Of a stretch of 64,000 nucleotides of DNA, positions 59,782-64,000 are shown piece by piece. The stretch is taken from assembly GCA_963696385.1 (NCBI GenBank), contig CAVOKF010000008.1, positions 96,001 through 160,000 on the forward strand, written 5' to 3'. A program made the position numbers and the translations under genes. Below the pieces are notes generated by a model that saw only the letters and a program-made list of their open reading frames with translations, did not search any database and was not told the DNA's origin. Numbering within the stretch: the stretch's first letter is position 1; each line of letters opens with the position of its first letter. The DNA comes from an uncultured delta proteobacterium (GTDB taxonomy: Bacteria > Myxococcota_A > Polyangia > Polyangiales > Polyangiaceae).

Positions 59782-61503
59782 CTATCCGGCGAGCGTCACG
59801 AGAGCGCTCTTCATATGCCCTGCACCGCCGGGTGGTGCTGGGAAATCAGCCGGTTCGGGCAAGTCCTTCACTTGAGTCGGTTCCCGCCCCGCCTCGCGGC
59901 AGGCCTCGAACAGGATGCGACGGAACTTGGAGGCAGAAATTCCCCGATGGTTGGTGCAGGCAAGCAGCCGCCCGCCCGGACCGAGTACCGCGATCGCCGC
60001 CGCGGCGAGTGCCCCGTAATCCTCGTCGGCCACGAAGCGTCCCCTGCGCGTGGTCGAATAGCTGGGCGGGTCGAGCGCCACGATATCGAATCGCTCGCCG
60101 CGACGCCCCACGCGAGCGAGCCAGGTGAACACGTCGTCCACCACCAACGCGTGATCGCCGCCGGGAAGGACGCCCGCGAGAGCGAGGTTGGCACGACCCC
60201 GCTCGAGAGCCGCCAGGGAGGCGTCGACGCTCACCGTGCGTGAAGATCCTCCGAGGGCAGCGCAAACGGTGAACGCGCACGTATACGAAAATAAGTTCGC
60301 GAAGCTTTTTCCCGCCGCCAGATCTCGGACGCGACGGCGATTGCTCCTTTGGTCGAGAAACAGTCCCGTCGACAGTCCATCGCCCAGCCGAACGAGCAGC
60401 GGTACGCCCTCCTCGAGAATCGGAAACTCCTCGGGCGCAGCCACCCCCCGAACGGGGTGCGGCGGCGCAATGTCGACTCGCCGCGTGTCGACCAACAGGT
60501 TCGCCTGCTTCGGGCGCACCTTGACGTAGACGCCGTCGAAACCCAACCCGCCGAGGCGATCGAGCACTCGTTGCTTGCGCGCCGGATCGCTCCACGGACC
60601 GTCGGTCCCGTAGAAATGCGCCACCAGCCACGCACCGTATACGTCGACCGCCAGGCGAGGCATGGCGTCTCCGTCCTCGTTGATCAGTCGAAACGCCGTC
60701 GTCGTGCGACCCGCGCCGTACAAATCGCTGCGGCCGAGGCCCCAGCGACGCTCGACGGCATGATCGAGCGCGAGGCCGAGCGTCCCGTCGTCGTCGTAGA
60801 TGGCGTCGCCGGCGTCGCCGCCGTCGAGCCACGCCGCGAACTCGGCAGGAGCCGCGGCCACAAGATCGAGCCGGCGCCCCGCCGTCGGGTGAGTCAAGGC
60901 GAGCGCGGAAGCATGCAGCATCAGACGGGGCGCCCGAGCGCCGCCGTACAGGGCGTCCCCACCGATTGGCGAGCCCGCATTCGCGAGCTGCGCGCGCGCC
61001 TGATGCGTGCGACCGGTGCGAAGGTCGAGCTCGAGCATGGCCCGGTCGCCGCGTCGGGCGAGGCAGCGCACCTGGGTGACCGCCGCCTTCGCGCCAGGCG
61101 AACGCGACGCCACGACGTGCGATCGGCCGCCCTTGCCCCGAACCAGCCCATCCTGCAACGTCACTCGATCCCGCCCGCGCGGCCAGCCCGACACGCACGC
61201 GATGTACCTCTTCATCACCGTGCGGCCCTCGAACTGGGCCGCCACGTCCGCATTGACCTCGCGGCGACGCGTCATCAAGACCAGGCCGCTCGTGTCCCGG
61301 TCGAGCCGCTGGTGGACGCCGAGGTACCCCTGTTCGCCGCGGCTTGCGAGGTAGCGCTTCAACCGACCGACGAGGTCATCCGGCCGCTGTTCATCGGCGG
61401 CTTGCGACGACACACCCACCGGCTTGTCGACCGCCATCACGTCGGCGTCCTCGTACACGACCCAGCCTTCGCGAAAGTCCGGCCACACGCGCGCTCGATC
61501 CAT
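59782..61503 (-). CDS. Fusion of RluA-family pseudouridine synthase and RlmI/RlmK-like SAM methyltransferase
   Basis: VDKPVG, HQRLDRDTSG, TGRTHQ, LMLHA; then RLINEDGD, TGLFLDQR, NLFSYT, LDPPSY in one continuous ORF. Confidence 0.9.
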   Translation of the reverse strand: MDRARVWPDFREGWVVYEDADVMAVDKPVGVSSQAADEQRPDDLVGRLKRYLASRGEQGYLGVHQRLDRDTSGLVLMTRRREVNADVAAQFEGRTVMKRYIACVSGWPRGRDRVTLQDGLVRGKGGRSHVVASRSPGAKAAVTQVRCLARRGDRAMLELDLRTGRTHQARAQLANAGSPIGGDALYGGARAPRLMLHASALALTHPTAGRRLDLVAAAPAEFAAWLDGGDAGDAIYDDDGTLGLALDHAVERRWGLGRSDLYGAGRTTTAFRLINEDGDAMPRLAVDVYGAWLVAHFYGTDGPWSDPARKQRVLDRLGGLGFDGVYVKVRPKQANLLVDTRRVDIAPPHPVRGVAAPEEFPILEEGVPLLVRLGDGLSTGLFLDQRSNRRRVRDLAAGKSFANLFSYTCAFTVCAALGGSSRTVSVDASLAALERGRANLALAGVLPGGDHALVVDDVFTWLARVGRRGERFDIVALDPPSYSTTRRGRFVADEDYGALAAAAIAVLGPGGRLLACTNHRGISASKFRRILFEACREAGREPTQVKDLPEPADFPAPPGGAGHMKSALVTLAG

Positions 61504-61637
61504 CGATCGCGACCGCTACTAGCATGCGCGGCGCGATCCCCGGACGCGAGCGCCGGATCTCCGGACGCGAAAGAGCCCGGACCCGAGCGTTCCCGACGTT
61601 GACAATTCCCCCAGCGGCGTTAGTTCCAAACGTGTCC

Positions 61638-61898
61638 ATGCCGAGCTCCGAGACCGTACGAGCACGACTGCTCTGCGCCTTCCCACGGGCGAGCATCGAC
61701 GTCACGGACCTGACCGGCACGCGGGACCATTTTCAGGCGGTCGTGGTCGCTCCCGATTTCGACGGGAAGTCGCAAATCGAGCAGCATCGAATGGTGTATG
61801 CGGCTCTCGGCGACTGGATGGGTGGCGCCATCCACGCGCTCGCCTTGGCCACGCGCGCCCCCGACGCCTCTATGCAGAAGACACACGAGGACCCATGA
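61638..61898 (+). CDS. bolA: BolA-family protein
   Basis: DHFQAVVVAPDFDGKSQIEQHRMVYAALG..IHALAL. Confidence 0.92.
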   Translation: MPSSETVRARLLCAFPRASIDVTDLTGTRDHFQAVVVAPDFDGKSQIEQHRMVYAALGDWMGGAIHALALATRAPDASMQKTHEDP

Positions 61899-62218
61899 GC
61901 GATGACACCCGATCCCGTATCGAAGATCTCATCAACAATAATGCGGTGATGCTCTTCATGAAAGGGACCAAGCAATTCCCCGCGTGCGGCTTTTCCCATT
62001 CCGTCGTGCAGATCCTGAAGCAGCAGGGCGTGCCCTTCGAAACGTTCAACATCCTGTCGGACCCCGGCGTCCGCCAGACGCTCAAGGAGTACTCGAGCTG
62101 GCCGACGTATCCTCAGCTGTACGTCGGGGGAAAATTCATCGGCGGCTGCGACATCGTCACCGAGATGCATCAGAACGGCGAGCTCGCGAAGGAGCTCGCG
62201 GCGATCCACAAAGCCTGA
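61895..62218 (+). CDS. grxD: Monothiol glutaredoxin
   Basis: FMKGT..FPACGFS, WPTYPQLYV, GGCDI. Confidence 0.96.
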   Translation: MSDDTRSRIEDLINNNAVMLFMKGTKQFPACGFSHSVVQILKQQGVPFETFNILSDPGVRQTLKEYSSWPTYPQLYVGGKFIGGCDIVTEMHQNGELAKELAAIHKA

Positions 62219-62230
62219 TCTCGCCCGCGC

Positions 62231-62476
62231 CTACCGACGAAACCAACCAAAGTGGCTCGCGACCAAGAGAAGCGCCAGCGCGAGCGCAACCTCGACGGCC
62301 AATCGCGAGCTCCATTTGACGAGCCGCCAAGACGCGACGAGTGTCAACGCGGCGACCAGGATCACCGGTAGGCCCGTGTGGTGCGCAACCCAGCGCAGGC
62401 CGGCACGCAGCGCGTGCATGCCCGCCGGCAGCCAGGCCAGCAGCGCGCGGTGCAGGTCGAGCAGGTGCGGGCGCAC
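62231..62476 (-). CDS. Small membrane hypothetical protein
   Basis: Two hydrophobic segments; fills the gap between grxD and the next gene. Confidence 0.5.
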   Translation of the reverse strand: MRPHLLDLHRALLAWLPAGMHALRAGLRWVAHHTGLPVILVAALTLVASWRLVKWSSRLAVEVALALALLLVASHFGWFRR

Positions 62477-62490
62477 GGATCCGTAGGCTA

Positions 62491-64000
62491 GTGGAACTCC
62501 GGTCGCGCCTTCCGGGCAACTTTCTTCCGGCCCGCGTTTGGCCCTGGATGTCCCTCGCTCTTGCGATCTCGGCGAGCGCCCTGCCCTTCTGGCTCTTCGA
62601 CGCCATCCCGTTTCAGGATTTGCCCGCCCACGCCGGACTGATCGCGCTGCGGCATCGGTTCGCCCAGTCGGCGTTCGAGCGGCGATTCTTCGTGGTCGCC
62701 CCGCACCTCGGACCGTACTCGCTCTTTCGCTTCCTCGGGGAGATCCTCGACGTGCGGTTCGGCCCGATCGACGCCGTTCGCGCGTTGGCGACCCTGCCGG
62801 TCGTCCTGACCCCGATCGCCCTTTGTTGGGCGCGCCGACGCTTGCACGACGATCCGCACCCGTCGGTCCCGTTCTACGGCGTCGCCCTCGGATTTGGGTT
62901 CATGACGCTGCTCGGATTCGCGAGCTACCTGCTCGGGGTGACCGCGATCGTCGTCGGGCTGACCCTGTGGCTCGAGCTTCTCGCGACGACGGACCTCGGC
63001 GTCGGGTTTCGCCGCGAGATCGCCGTGGCGTGCTTTGCGCCCTTGATTTTCGTCGCCCACGGCTATGCGTTCGTCGTCTTCCTCGGCCTCGCCGCGGCGT
63101 CCTCGGTGGCGACGGGCAACCGTCTACGACGCGCGCTTCGCCTGAGAGCGCTGGTGCCCGCGATCGCCCTGGCGGCCCACGCGGCGTGGCGCGATCGCGT
63201 CGCTCGGGTTCCGCCGGGAGCCGCCTCGGTGCCGGGCGCCGGATTGCGGCTGCATTTCAGGGGATCGCCGACAAGTTGAGCCTGCTCGTCACGCCGACGC
63301 TCATGACGCGGTACGGCGTCGACGTGCTCGTCGGGTTGTTCGTTTGGGGAGTCGTCGGGGCCGCGGTGGTCGCTACGGCGAGGACGCTCTGCGTGGCGAA
63401 AGCAACCCCCGACGGCCGCGAGGACCGTGCTGCCGGCGACCGTGCGGCACGCGACGAAGCCTCGCGCGCGCACTCTCGGGCACTGATCGGTTCGCTCGCG
63501 GCCCTTGGGGGGGCGTTCGTCGTCCTGCCGCACTCGGTCGGATGGTTCGGATTCGTCGACGGTCGATTGGTGCCGCTTCTGATCCTCGTGGGCATGATGT
63601 CCGTTCGTCGCTCCGCCCTCGGACCCACGTTGCGCACCGTGTTCGACCGAGGGGCTCCGATCGCGGCCTTCGCCGGCGTGGCCATCGTGCTTTTTGCCTC
63701 GGTTCGCTTCCAGGCGGAGGCTTTCGGTTGGCGAGAAGTCCTGGGGTCGGTGCCCGCCGAGGCGCGCCTCTTGAATTTCCCGATCGAACCGAACAGCGAT
63801 GTCTTTACCGCACACCCCTTCGTTCACTACGACAAACTCGTGCTCGCGGACCGACCGGTGGTCGTGAGCGACTTGTGGTTTCACCAGGGATCGGCCGTGT
63901 ACCCGACGGCCGACAACCCGGCGATCCATCTGCCCGCCGAATACGTCGAAAGCGATCTTCACGGCATCGACTGGCCGGCCTATCGGCTGGCCGATTGGGA
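62491..64000 (+). CDS. Polytopic membrane protein, GT-C-like paralog of 2032-3702; frameshift near 63255-63263; runs off window
   Basis: PFQDLPAH motif; after the shift the frame continues GIADKLSLLVTPTL...LPHSVGWFGFVDGRL...HPFVHY without a stop. Confidence 0.65.

Noticed and set aside
1..64000. tRNA, rRNA, integrase, transposase or prophage genes
   Set aside because: None recognised by eye; tRNAscan/Infernal would be needed to exclude small RNAs

Overview
High-GC chromosomal window, most likely from a myxobacterium of the Polyangiaceae/Sorangiineae type. This is inferred from the myxobacterial-style pilA/pilG, a Myxococcus-like LexA box, an orphan FlhA/SctV and Ser/Thr kinase and PP2C genes. 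Order: end of pilR; a sigma54 promoter driving two tandem type IV pilins; a ~8.5 kb glyco-modification island (GT-C-like membrane protein, three methyltransferase-like genes, radical SAM/SPASM, GT2, flippase-like protein, epimerase); a third atypical pilin and a PilG-like gene; nagZ, ddl, PP2C; orphan flhA/sctV; smc; CIRCE-preceded FmdB-family gene; degenerate pheA, cmk, rpsA, HIT; an imuA-imuB-dnaE2 cassette interrupted by a hybrid histidine kinase; larE; M48 peptidase and Ser/Thr kinase divergent from a TPR-dynamin gene that leads into lptA-lptB-rpoN-hpf-ptsN-hprK-rapZ-ptsH-ptsI-rpsO-pnp; a beta-propeller protein; an RluA-RlmI fusion; bolA-grxD; and a second GT-C-like paralog. Five genes carry single-base frameshifts, all at or next to GATC-like sites, probably long-read errors. 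I saw no CRISPR, tRNA, rRNA or transposase. The best candidate for an undescribed system is the pilin-linked three-component glycosylation/radical SAM island. All functional calls come from motif recognition by eye, not database searches.
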